A stretch of DNA of 64,000 nucleotides. It comes from Azolla caroliniana (taxonomy: Eukaryota; Plantae; Polypodiophyta). Positions 1-12,038 of the stretch are shown one piece after another. The stretch is taken from positions 2,356,001 to 2,420,000 of the forward strand of contig JBHGNT010000014.1 of the NCBI GenBank assembly GCA_043228905.1. Reading direction: 5' to 3'. The number at the start of each line of letters is the position of its first letter. The first letter of the stretch is position 1. The notes below the pieces were generated by a model, which saw only the letters and a list, made by a program, of their open reading frames with translations, did not search any database and had not been told where the DNA came from. The translations under genes were made by a program, and so were the position numbers.

Positions 1-271
1 TTAAAAATCCACAAAGTTACTTTTCATATTTTACCCAAATTTGGCATTTTTCAATTTTACCAAATGGTGAAATTTTCAACTTTTTCATCAAGTTTTGGAG
101 AACATGTGATACTAGTATCAAGATGTTTTGTGAAATGGCAAAAAAATCCCCAAAATCAAACAGAATATTCCTTATCCTTCCACTTGTGCGCGATCCTTCC
201 ACTTGTGAACGCAAACGTGTTACATATGGATTCCGCACTATGCACATATTGCGGACCCACTCTATCACTTA

Positions 272-2242
272 TTGCAGAAGGGGAAGAAGTTCGAATGGAA
301 ACCGGAACACACCAAAGCCATGAAGAAGCTCAAGAAAACACTACGGAGAGCTAAAGCACTTAAGAAGCCGAGCTATGAGCGACCAATCATAGTAACGGTT
401 GATACAAGTCCAACCGAGATCAAATGGGTCATCAATCAAGCCGACTTGGATGGTTTGTGATATCCGATCCGATTCAGAGCAAAGGTTCTCAACTAAAGGC
501 AACGCGGATATGCACAAGTCAAAAGAGAATTATGGGGAGTCGTGTCGGTAATAAAATCGGATTGAGATTATTTGATCGGAGCCAAAGTAGTGATCGAAAC
601 GGATTGTCTTCCGAGACTCAGGATGATGTGGTGTTGCACGATACCGGATGTGGCTATGCTAAGATGGATTGCATATGTTAAGTCGCTTAACCCAGACGTA
701 AGACACATCTCTGAAAAAGACAACGCGGTAGCGGATATGCTATCAAGGGCTCGGTTCAGAGACGACATAGCCGAATCCGATAATGAAGAAGTTTCTGAAG
801 ACTACTTAACATATGCCGAGTATATGTAATCCGAGAATTCCAAGAAGAAGAATATGAGGGAGAAAGCTTGATAATTGGGAAGGTGCTACAAGAGTTTGAG
901 GAATCATTGGACGATAAAGAGAAGAGGGCTGAGATCCGAAGGAAGAAGACGCAAGTCCAAAAGTTCTTCTTGAAAAATGGATTAATATGGAGGGAGCCGA
1001 AAATACCAGATGGCATACCACTTTGGGTAGCCAGGACGAAAGTGCAACGAAACCAGATAATGTCCGAGTGTCACAAATCCGATTGGGCTGGACATCGAGG
1101 AACATGGGCAACTTTTGTGAAAATCAAACAAAAATATTGGTGGAACAATATGCACAAAGATATAGCGGAGTTGACGGAAAGCTGCGGGAAGTGTCAAATC
1201 TACTCCGGAGTTCGACACCGAGATGAGTTACATCCGACATTCTCACCGACAATTAACTTCAAATGGATGGTCGACATTGTAGCCATGCCAACCGGGATTG
1301 GACAAAAGAAGTACTTGGTGTTAGCTCAGGAAGATCTCACAAATCAAGTAGAAGGTTGGGCGCTACGAAGGAAAATGTGTTCTGCGGTATGCCAATTTCT
1401 TTTGGAGGAGGTGTTTTGCAGGTACGGATGCGTAGGACAAGTGATTGCGGATCGGGGAGAACTCGACTCTGATAAAGCTAGGGAATTCTTTCCCAAACAT
1501 GGATTTCGGTTAACACTAATAACCGCATACAATCCGGAGGCCAACAAGAAAATCGAACGAGGACATAGTCCAATCGTCAAAGCACTTGCCAAAGCATGCG
1601 ACAGAAGGGTGAAGGATTGGCCGTAGATGCTCCCGTATGCACTATGGGCGGATCGGACGACGCATAGCTCCGTAACCGGTTATATGCCGACAGAACTTAT
1701 GACCGAACAAGCACCAGTAATGCCGACGGAAACCGCGATCGCTACATGGACAATGCTACCGTGGAAGGAACAGATGAGCCGGGAAGAACTACTAGCGGTC
1801 CGGATACGACAACTAGAGGGAAGACCGGAAGACATAGCAGAAGCAACTCGCCGACAACAAGAAGCATGATTCCGGAACAAAAGCCGGTTCGACACAAAGC
1901 ACCGACTACGACCATGAAAGATTGAAGAAGGAGATTGGGTGATTGTCTATGACAATAGTTTGGATCATCAACATACAACGATACGGGAGTTCGCCAGAAG
2001 GTGGTTCGGGCCATACGAGGTTCAGAAAGTTTTCGACAACGGAACTTACCAACTATACGAGTTGGATGGAACGATACTACGAGTGCCTATAGCGGGGAAA
2101 CGAGTAAAGATCTTCAAGAAGCGGACTGACGACGAGGAGCAACCAGACAAAGATTGCGGTGATGCGGAAAGCGAAGACAGTGGACTTCAACTCATAGTCG
2201 ACATAAGGGGAGAATCGGAGAGTGCTACGGATGAGGGCGAAT
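272..2242 (+). pseudogene. Decayed Ty3/Gypsy pol fragment (RT connection, RNase H, integrase), non-chromovirus type
   Basis: ORFs 272-460 (IIVTVDTSPT), 572-829 (VIETDC, DNAVADMLSR), 868-1626 (H-x6-H..C-x2-C zinc finger, WMVDIV, VIADRGE, KIERGH), 1627-1869 and 1939-2286 (WFGPY). Broken by stops and frameshifts; RT-RH-IN order. Confidence 0.9.
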
Positions 2243-3075
2243 CATGGTTGTTTACGTACCCGTATTTAACGTTTAAATACGTATAGTACCTCATCCTTTG
2301 TATAGTACGTACTATACCTCAATGTTGTTCCGTCAAATATCACGTACGTTTGTCTAATACGGTATTTGACGTATTTATAAAAAAACAGGTATAATACGTA
2401 TTTATAAAGAAAATGTAAGTAAAACCTTAACAAAAAGCAAAAGAAAAAAAAGATTTTATTGAAAAAGATGCCAAAGGAAGGAAGAAAAAAGACTAGAAGA
2501 GACGGCGATCAAGAAGATGAAGATGAAGAAGAAGAAGAAGAGAGAAAAGAAGACATAAACCTGTCTTGAGTGTGATAATCGTAGAAGATAGAAGAAGAAA
2601 ACGAAGATAAGAGAAACCTATTATGAGCGTGATAATCGTAGACGATTCCTCAATCTATGAAGGCATAATTGTAAATAATTACAATTTGAAGTAGAACATC
2701 ATGATACACACTTACACTGATTTATAGAATAAGGGAATGTCAACATCCATATTACTACAAGTATTTTAGGATGTGAAATGTTCAAATGTCTTATATGCAT
2801 TTTAGGAGGTAGAACTATATTGTACATCACAAAATTGTGTAAACATATATGTTTTTTACAACATTATAGATATTTTTTACAAAGGTAAATAATTTTCAAA
2901 TTCTAGAAGTATTTAACGTACTATACGTAAAATACGTATTTAACATATTTTATAAGTATTGAACATATTAAGAAAACGTATTTAACGTATTTTTAAATTG
3001 GGAGGTACTATACGGGTATTAATATGTTAAATACGTATGGTATCCATACCGTACCTAACGTACTTAACAACCTTG
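2243..3075 (+). mobile_element. Non-autonomous hAT-type DNA transposon, copy 1 (833 bp)
   Basis: Ends CATGGTTGTT...AACAACCTTG (10-bp imperfect TIR); perfect 8-bp TSD GGGCGAAT at 2235-2242 and 3076-3083; many subterminal TACGTA motifs; homologous to 10837-11686 and 26348-27174. Confidence 0.9.
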
Positions 3076-3129
3076 GGGCGAATAATGAGCATCGAGAACT
3101 TCGGCACATACCGGAGGATGTGTTGGTTT

Positions 3130-3180
3130 GGAGCGGGCGAGTGTCGTAGTGTAATTCGCACACGACGTGAAAATTGCATT
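3130..3180 (+). repeat. PPT and first ~35-40 bp of a truncated Gypsy 3' LTR
   Basis: Purine-rich GGAGCGGGCGAG followed by TGTCGTAGTGTAATTCGCACACGACGTGAAAA at 3142, which matches the start of the minus-strand LTR ending at 5416. Confidence 0.7.
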
Positions 3181-4615
3181 TTTTTCCCTCCGAATGGGAT
3201 AAGGAAGAATCGGCAAGGAGGAACCAGCAAGGAGGACCCGATAAGGAGGACCGGTGAGAACCTTGTCATCCGTGGTGGTGTGCCTGCTTGGCATCTTCCT
3301 CGTGTTTACCGGCCTCGATTGCTTCGACCTCCTGTTGAGTCGGATTAGCTTCTTTCCAGATCGGTCTCGTCTAATTGGCTTTCAACTAGGTTGGCTTCCA
3401 TCCGTATTCACATTCCGCCGAATCGGACTTGGTTTATCAGTTTCAACTGAGTGGGCCCCCTTCCAATTCGGTTTTGGTTTTGGTTGGCTTCCTTTTCCTC
3501 GTGTTAACCGGCCTTGACCGGTTCGACCTTCGGTTGAGCCGCATTAGCTTCTTTCCGGATTGGTCTCGTCTGATCGGCTTTCGGCTAGAATGATTTCTAT
3601 CCTGGTCAGGTTCGACCGATCAGACTTCAGCCGAATCTACTTTCGCTTGGTTCGGCTTTTGTTTAGATCGGAATTTTGGAAGGATCATCTTCCATCCAAA
3701 CTGGCTTCCGACTTTACCTTCCTTGCCGCCATATCTCGTCTCTCCTATCTCACGTTGGTTCTTGGACACAACCGCCGAAGTCTCTAGAATTAGTGGGCAG
3801 GAATCCTCGATATTATCGTCCTTCGTTGTTTCACCCATAGCCACCTTCTGAGCTATCTCTCCGTCGTATGCATCGACGTCAACCTTCGTTTTCTCTCCAC
3901 CACCTTCTGTCTCTTCGGTCTCACGTTGCCTTTCGAATGCAAGTGCTGAAATCTCTGGAATTGGTGTTGGGAAAGTCTCGCCTCGGCCATCCGTCATTGA
4001 CTCGTTCATAGCCACCTCCGACTCAATGTCATATTTCGTGGCTACCTACTCAATCACGTCCACCTCACACTCTTTATCGTCTTCAAGTTTGATCCCAATG
4101 TCCATCCTTTCTTTCCGATCGATCGATCTTACGAACATTAGGACTTTATCCTCCCCCACCAATCTTTGTTCCCGCTCCAAGAGTCGAGGAAAACGATGCT
4201 CGAACTCTAGGAATGCTTGTGTTGCACATCGGTGATTCTTCTCCGATAAAACCCATTCGTCAAACTCGCATCGATCTCGTCCCTTCGATCTCTCGTAGTC
4301 ATATGCATCTCGTAAAGATTCTTCAAAGGACCCCCATGTTGGGTTTTGTTGCCGTATCTTGTAGATTCTCTCTTGTAACTCATCCGTGGCTACCTGATTG
4401 AAGGATATCACTTCCAATCCTTCTGGTATCCCACATCACATCATCTCCGCCTTGTAGTCACGTAGATAGCATGAGGCATCTTTTCCGTTCAATTGTCCAT
4501 TTCGTTGTACGAGTGGCTTTACTACCGCCATGATCTCTGACATCACTCATTTTTCTTGTAGCATCCGCTCGAACATCATCATCATCGTGTTCATCGCCTC
4601 TTGCTAATTCTCCAT
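3180..4615 (-). pseudogene. Decayed gag of a Ty3/Gypsy element
   Basis: Minus-strand ORF pieces 4046-4417 and 3620-4015 lie directly downstream of an LTR and PBS; interrupted by stops. Confidence 0.7.
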
Positions 4616-4632
4616 CTCTTTGCCACCTGTCT

Positions 4633-4649
4633 TCACGTCGGGTTCACCA
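4633..4649 (-). promoter_or_regulatory. Primer binding site complementary to the tRNA-Trp 3' end
   Basis: Minus strand reads ...CACAACACA tt TGGTGAACCCGACGTGA, the complement of the plant tRNA-Trp 3' end TCACGTCGGGTTCACCA (tRNA sequence recalled, not searched). Confidence 0.8.
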
Positions 4650-4651
4650 AA

Positions 4652-5416
4652 TGTGTTGTGCCCTTTTGGCGCCGGATCGTTGCGTGAGTCGGGTGGGAAC
4701 TGCTGGGGTTTTGGACTAGGAGGAGGAAGAATTTCAGACGAGTATAGTTATGAATAGATTATAAGAAAAAGAGATTGAAACTTGTGAATCCCAAAAGTAT
4801 ATTGTATTAGATTAATCAATATTCAGATAAGAATATGAATTTGGATTGAAAGAAAGCGATATAGAAACCTCGTGAATACCACGAGTATAGTTTATTTCGT
4901 GAATCCCACGAATATAATTTATTAATTGGTGTTTTTAGAAATATATCCAATTTTCAAAGTTTTCACCCCTATTACATTGTGCTCCCCATGCTTATATAGT
5001 GATGTCAGAGTCTTAGCAATCCATGCTTTTTTTTCTAACTATGAAATCCATGCTTTCTCTATCTATTGACTATATGCTTTCTCTAACATGATTTTTTCTA
5101 ACCTCATGCGTTTTTCATCGACTATAGTGTTTATGCACGCTAGATGTGCATGTGTAGCTTTTTTCTATCATGTGTTTTTCTTCTAACTAAAGCTTTTTCC
5201 TAGAAAAGAAACCTTTCTATGTGGGATATCTATTTTTTAATTTTTATGATGTGTTAGTGTAATGGTAAGGCTTCAAATTATTAACATGGAGGTACAAGGT
5301 TCGAATCTTGCCCTGTTCATGTAATAAATATTTTGATATTTCTTTCGTTTTCTTCATATTTATTCAATTGGTTATTTTATATGTTTTTCACGTAGTGTGC
5401 GAAATACACTACGACA
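4652..5416 (-). repeat. 5' LTR (~765 bp) of the tRNA-Trp-primed Gypsy element
   Basis: TG...CA termini on the minus strand, adjacent PBS, and a start shared with the LTR stub at 3142. Confidence 0.8.
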
Positions 5417-6305
5417 GTGGACTCCATACCGAGCTCGGTATGCAGATCATATATGTAGAGAAGTTCCATTGACCAACAAGAGCTGAACTATTTATAGGCG
5501 ATTTGTAGACATTGCCAATGGGATGTTATAAATATGTAATTAATTTGATGACAGATTAATCAATGAAGAATTAAATTGCTTGTTTTGAGTAACTTATCTA
5601 CTGTGTAATTTTAAGAGTATGTCCAGGATTGCTAATTTCATGATAGTGCTTTTTCTTAAAATTACATGGTTCACTTGAGTAAATTTGTATATCAGAAAGA
5701 AGAAGCCTAAATGATATTATTAAAGTGGTTTTAAGACATAAGAACGGAGAGAAGATTGTATATAAAAAAGACACACGATTTTATTGAGAAAGAAGCACAA
5801 AAAGTAGACTGTAAATAGAAAAAAAAAAACTCCCAAAAACAAGTCCATTAAACCATTTATTTGCAATACATGTGCTTTGTTTGTTTTAAAGGAAAACTGG
5901 TAATTGGTACTTGTCACTACAAATTCCATGGCATACTGTTGTAAATACATTCACTTGATTGTGGAAGATAGCCTCAGTTTCTGTTGGACACAATACTAAA
6001 TCTAAAAGACAACTCATGGAACAGATAACATGCTCAGATGATTTACACTACTCTTGTGGGCTCGATTGACAAATTGGGCACTCACAAGTGCAAACTGCAT
6101 TAGTTGGTGACGTAGTAGATTAATAGAATCATTGAGAAAACCCATTTGTACATGGTAAATGCAACAAAATGTGTATCGATCCTTCAAGCGTCTCACAAAG
6201 TGTGGCTTCAGAAACTCGAATGTTCGTAGTTGAACTTTGATATTTCGATGCATTCACCTAAACCTAACAAATAAATCGACCTGCGTAATAAAATGGACAT
6301 ACCGA

Positions 6306-7055
6306 TTAGCTAATTAGCTATGTTCCAAACTTGTTATAGTAGCTAATAAGCTATTCTGTTAGCTAATTAGCTATTCTAGTAGCTAATTAGCTATCCTAGT
6401 AGTTAATTAATTGATAATAACTAAATTAGCTATTGGTAATAGCTAGTTAGCTAATCTAGTAGCTAATTAGCTATAGTCATAGGTAGCTAATTAGCTATTC
6501 TGGATGCTAATTCCATATCCTAGCAGCGAAATAACTGGTAATAGCTAAATTAGTTGGTAATAACTAATTAGTTATTGGGAATAGTTAGTTAGCTTTCTAG
6601 TAGCTAATTAGTTATAATCATAGGCAACTAATTAGCTATTCTCGTAGCTAAATAGCTATGATTGGTAGCTAATTAGCATGGTACCTAATTAGCTATCCTA
6701 GCAACTAATTAGTTGATAATAGCTATATTAGCTATTGCAAATAGCTAGTTAGCTAATCTAGTAGCTAATTAGCTATAGTCATATGCAACTAATTAGTTAG
6801 TTAGCTAGTTAGCTAATCTAGTAGTTAATTAGGTAGTCATACACAGCTAATTAGCTATTCTGGTAGCTAAATAGCTATGCTCATATTCCTAGGTAGCTAA
6901 TTAGCTATTCTGGTAGCTAAGTAGCTATAGTCAAAGGCAACTAATTAGCTATTTTGGTAGCTAATTAGTTGTGAGTGCTAGTTAATTTGCTATGATTGGT
7001 AGCTAATTAGCTAGTAATAACTAAATTAGCTATTAGGAATAACTAGTTAGGTATT
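6306..7055. repeat. Degenerate tandem array of palindromic TAGCTAATTAGCTA units
   Basis: Dozens of AGCTAATTAGCT variants separated by short spacers over ~750 bp. Confidence 0.95.
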
Positions 7056-7117
7056 CTCGTCGATCAATCACCATCAATCAATAACACAAAAGACAACAAA
7101 AGAAACATTAGAACATA

Positions 7118-7584
7118 GCTCTGATAGCAACTATTAGAGATATGTACTAATGTAAGCATATGATAAGGATAAAAGAATGATAGGTAGAAAGGAGAGAGAG
7201 AAAGAAGGGTGTCGATCCACCTAACCACCCTCGAGCGAAGGGATCAAGATGGACTCAAGCCTCGATTGGCGGCCCATACCACCGTCATGGCATCGACTCG
7301 TACATGGTGTTGGCGTGCTCCCTACAAAAGTTGACCCACCACAAGAACAGAGTCTCGACGTAGTCAAAAGATGATGAAATGAGGGTAGCTAGGCCTCTTA
7401 TTTATAGCGATACCCAAGACCCCCAGGTAAGTTCACACTTGGCCTAATGGGTTGTCTCAATCCCGAGGATTAAAAGTAATCCTCCCCTTCTTTACACTCT
7501 CATTTAACCCTCACACTTATCCACATGTATAGAATACTACGGTAAATTCTCACCACGGGATATTATATGGTCATGCCCGTAACA
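7118..7584 (-). mobile_element. Orphan LTR (~7132-7584) with a degenerate tRNA-Met PBS; internal region lost
   Basis: Minus strand starts TGTTACGG, has CTATAAATA, ends CTCTAATA and is followed by TGCTATCAGAGC (PBS, 1 mismatch). 7132-7320 is the reverse complement of 63259-63448, which ends CTCTAACA. Confidence 0.7.
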
Positions 7585-7974
7585 ATTGAAATAGTCTACA
7601 ACCTTTCTCTCTATGATAGTAGTCTCATTACTTCCATTCTCAGTTATATTTAAGCCTATATCGTAACCAATACTATCTTTACCTTTAGTGAGTGTGGCTT
7701 TCGTATCCTTCAACAATTGACGACCTTTTTTTTTTTCCTGCCCAATACTTTCGTATCGCTTGTTGTGTCTTGATAGCGTCATCTATATCCTGATGATCAT
7801 TGAGGGGTAATTCTAAACACCCTCCTTCCCCTTCCATTTGGCTTGATAGGTTTAAACCCTAATTTTCCTGGAAAAAAGACACGTATTAAAGATGGCTATG
7901 GGCAATAACAATACACAAAAATATTCTACAATACACAAGATTATACACAACAATACACAAGATTATCAATAGAC

Positions 7975-8395
7975 AGAATAGTTATTGAAATCCAAGACTG
8001 AATAGTGGCGGTAATCCAGGGTTGAATAGTGGCGGCAACTGAGTGTAGAGTGGCGGCAATGGAGTGAACACCGTTTGATCGAACAATTTTGGCAATCTAG
8101 GACTGAACAATGGCGGTAACTGAGTGTAGAATGATGGCAATGGAGGAGTGAATTCCGTTGAATCGACCAATAGCAGATGATGCTTGGAACGCACTGTGAT
8201 GACAATTGAGAATAGAATGGTAGTAGTGGAGGAGTGAACTCCCTCGGATCAAAAAGTGGCAGCAATACACGACTGAACAGTAGCGACAACTGAGTGTAGA
8301 AAGATGGCAATGGATGAGTGAACTTTGTCAAATCAAAAAGTGGTAGCAATCCAGGACTGAACAGTAGCAGCAACTGAGTGTAGAATGACGATGTG
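7975..8395. repeat. Minisatellite, ~81-85 bp unit (GAGTGTAGAATGATGGCAATGGAGGAGTGAACTC core), block 1
   Basis: GAGTGTAGA recurs near 8041, 8122, 8292 and 8376, with a variant near 8207. Confidence 0.85.
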
Positions 8396-9069
8396 AAGTT
8401 GACTTTTGCTTATAGGAAAAGACCGTGAAAAATACATTGGATGCGAAATAGAAGAATAAAGCACAATATGAAAGGTCCAAGAGTTAAAAGATAAATGAAA
8501 TTGAAGAAATTTAAAGTTAGAGGCATTTTTCAAAAGTAGAAAAAACAGGGAAAAAGAAAAAGAAGAAAAACGCACGAAATTAAGCAGAAAAAGCAAGGTA
8601 GAGAAAAAAGCTCATAACTTCTTCATCTCTTATCCAAATTTCAAAAGAAAATATTCGTAAGAAAGCTGACAAACCAGAAATAATGATATGAAAAACGCAC
8701 CACACAAACTCGAGGACATGTAAAAGAAAAGAAAAGAAAAAGCAAGAATAATGCAACTAAAAACCTATAAGTATGAGGGTATTCTTAGCAATTGGGGAAA
8801 GGGAAGACTAGAATATCTAAGGAGGAAGAGTAGAATATCTATAAGGAGAGATAGAATATCTACAAGAAGAAGTGAGGAAGAAGAATTGAGAAAGAAGAAT
8901 TGAGAAAGAAGAAAGAAGAAGATTAGAAGAAGTGAGAAGACAGTAGAAGAAATAGAGAAGACAGAAAGACTATTTTATTAATAGAATATCGAAGTAGTTA
9001 TTTGGGGTTGTTACTCTTGGAGTCTAAGAGGATTGTATTCTTTTCTTAATAGTATATTGAAGTATTCTG

Positions 9070-9845
9070 TTCTCTTCCTCTTCTCTTCTCCATCATTTTT
9101 CTCTCTCTCCTCATCAGATGGCAATGGAGGAGTGAACTCCGTCAGATTGAACAGTGGTAGATGATGCTTGGAACACACAATGACGGTAACTGAGAGTACA
9201 ATTATCTTCCTCTTCTCTTCGCTATCATTTTTCTCTCTCTCCTCATCAGATGGCAATGGAGGAGTGAACTCCATCAGATTGAACAGTCGTAAATGATGCT
9301 TGGAACACACAATGACGACAACTGAGAATACAATTCTCTTCCTCTTCTCTTCTCTATCATTTTTCTCTCTCACCTCATCAGATGGCAATGGAGGAGTGAA
9401 CTCTGTCCGATCGAACAGTGGCAGATGATGCTTGGAACACATAATGACGGCAATTGAGAGTACAATGGTGGCAGTGGAGAAGGAGTGAACTCCCTCAGAT
9501 AAAAAAGTTGCAGCAATACACGATCGAACAGTCGCAACAACTAAGTGTAGAATGATGACAATGGATGAGTGAACTCTGTCAAATGGAGAAGTGGCAGCAA
9601 TCCAGGACCGAACAATAGCGGCAAATGAGTGTAGAATGATGGCAATGGAGGAGTGAACTCGGTCAGATCAACCAATGGCAGATGATGCTTGGAACGCATA
9701 GTGATGACAACTAAGAGTAGAATGGTGATAGTCGAGAAGGACTGAACTCCATCGGATCGAAAAGTGGCAGAAATATACAACCTTCACAATAGTGGCAACT
9801 GAGTGTAGAATGGAGGCAATGGAGGAGTGGACTCAATAGGGTTTA
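9070..9845. repeat. Minisatellite block 2: three 132-bp units followed by ~85-bp units with the same core
   Basis: CCTCATCAGATGGCAATGGAGGAGTGAACTC at 9109, 9241 and 9373 (period 132); AGTGTAGAATG near 9544, 9629 and 9802. Confidence 0.9.
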
Positions 9846-10334
9846 GCAACAATGGTAGTAATCTAAGCCAAAATGCTCAACCACAGATGACCCACGTGAT
9901 GTGGCAAAGGATCATGCATAATGGACCTAGGAATTTAGTATATAATTTATGGTGCACATCAATTTATGGTGCTGATTTATATAATTAAAACTCTCTACTA
10001 TTTTCAATGGTAGCTTTTTGCAAAAATGACTATTTATCAATGGTAGATTTTTGCATAGCTAATTAGCTATGTCAAGGACATAGCTAATTGTTTCCACTCG
10101 CATGCTTCCACCCTATAGGTCAAGTCTCGCGCCGCTTTCTGTTGGCGATGAACGATTTCGATCGCTCACCTTCTAGTTTCAGTGGGGGTCACACCTGCTC
10201 ACTTTCTTGTTGGGGATCTCGTGGGTTTCTTGCTAGCGCTATCGTTTGTGTCGTGTCTTTGGTCAACCTCGACTATTTAACCTCTCATAATAGAAGAATT
10301 CGAGTCGATTGCTTCACTTGCAATCCTTCACCCG

Positions 10335-11915
10335 TTGTTGTTCCAGTTCTCAGTGAGGGTCGCATGGTCGCTCACATTGGTTCGTGTTCTAGTTCTCGGT
10401 GAGGGCCGCATGGTCGCTCACACTCATTCATGTTTTCAATTAGGAATGCACATGGTCGCTCACGTTCCAGTTCCTGATGAGGGCCACACATGGTCTCTCA
10501 TGTCCGTTCGTGTTCCACTTCTTGGTAAGGGTCGCATGGTCGCTCATGCCTGTTCGTGTTCAGTTCTTGGTGAGGGCCGCATGGTCGCTCATGTCCATTC
10601 GTGTTCCAGTTCTCGGTGAGGGCCACATGGTCACTCACGCCCGTTGGTATTCGTGTTCCAATCTCCGGTGAGAACCGCACATGGTCGCTCACTCCTGGTA
10701 TTGTTCATGTTCGAGATCCCGACGAGGACCGACAAGGTCTCCCATGCCTGTTGTTGTTCATGTTCCAGTTCCCGATGAGGACCAGACATGGTCACTCACG
10801 CCCGTTGGTGGTCATATTCCAACTCTCGGCAAGGACCAAGGTTGTTAGGTAGGTTAAGTACAGTACGGATACCATACGTATATAACGTATTAATACGCGT
10901 ATACTACCTCTCAATTTAAAAATACGTTAAATACATTTTCTTAATATGTTAAATACTTATATAATACGTAAAATACGTATTTTACGTATAGTACGTTAAA
11001 TACTTATAGAATTTGAAAACTATTTACCTTTCTAAAAAATATCTATAATATTGTAAAAAACATCTAGGTTTACCCAATTTTGTGATGTACAGTATAGTTC
11101 TACATCCTACAATGCACATAAGACATTTGAACATTTCAAATCCTAAAATACTTGTAGTAATATGGATGCCGACATTCCCTTATTCTATAAATCAGTGTAA
11201 GTGTGTATCACGATGTTCTAGTTCAAATTGTAATTATTTAGGATTATGCCTTCATAGATTGAGGAATCGTCTACGATTATCACACTCATGATAGGTTTCT
11301 CTTTTCTTCATTTTCTTCTCCTTCTCCTTCTTCTATCTTCTGCGATTAACACACTAAGAGTCAGGACAGGTTTATGTCTTCTTTTCTCTCTTCTCCTTCT
11401 CCTTCTCCTTCATCTTCTTCATCGCCGTCTCTTCTATTCTTCTTTCTTCCTTCCGTTGGCTTCTTTTTCACTGAAATCTTTTCTTCTGTTGGTTTTTATT
11501 GGGGTGTTACTTACATTTTCTTTATAAATACGTATTATACTTGTTTTTTTATAAATACGTTAAATACCATATTGAACAAATGTACATGATATTTGATTGA
11601 ACAACATTGAGGTATAGTACGTACCTTGCAAATGATGAGGTACTATACATATTTAAATGTTAAATACGGGTACGTAAACAACCATGGCAAGGACCAACAT
11701 GGTCTCTCATGCTCGTTGGTGTTCGTGTTCCCTGTGAGGACCACACATGCTCACTCACACATGTTGGTATTCATGCTCCAATTCTCGACAAGGAGCACAC
11801 ATGGCTCCTCATGCCCGTTGGTGTTCGTGCTCCTCGTTAGGACCGCACTTGGTCGCTCATGCCCATTGGTATTCGTGTTCCAGTCCTGGGGCACATGGTC
11901 GTTCATTCCCGTTGG
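10335..11915. repeat. Tandem array of ~45-50 bp units (GTTCCAGTTCTCGGTGAGGGCCGCATGGTCGCTCA core), split by hAT copy 2; probably the 3' region of an LTR element
   Basis: Units run 10335-10836 and resume at 11687-11915; a purine tract and an LTR follow at 12039. Confidence 0.85.
10837..11686 (-). mobile_element. Non-autonomous hAT-type DNA transposon, copy 2 (850 bp)
   Basis: Ends CAAGGTTGTT...AACAACCATG; perfect 8-bp TSD GCAAGGAC at 10829-10836 and 11687-11694. Confidence 0.9.
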
Positions 11916-12038
11916 TGTTGAATACCTCATCTTTTGGAAGGGTTACTCCTTGCCTAGGATTTACAAAATACTTTGGACGTGGTCTAAGATTTTCATCAAC
12001 AGTATCCCCTTAAGCAAAGGACCGGTTTGGGAAGGTGG

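Noticed and set aside
5246-5320. Functional tRNA gene
   Set aside because: A- and B-boxes are present, but the acceptor stem pairs poorly, the anticodon loop is 11 nt and it lies inside an LTR. Kept only as a tRNA-like motif.
7966-9780. Pro/Leu-rich repeat-protein ORFs
   Set aside because: They are translations of a minisatellite whose 81-85 bp units do not keep one frame.
9860-9950. Helitron 5' terminus on the minus strand (TATATACTAAATT...)
   Set aside because: It resembles Helitron starts, but I found no clear TC start and no matching 3' hairpin plus CTRR end.
10335-11915. CRISPR-like repeat-spacer array
   Set aside because: Units are degenerate tandem copies without unique spacers; the context is eukaryotic and there are no cas genes.
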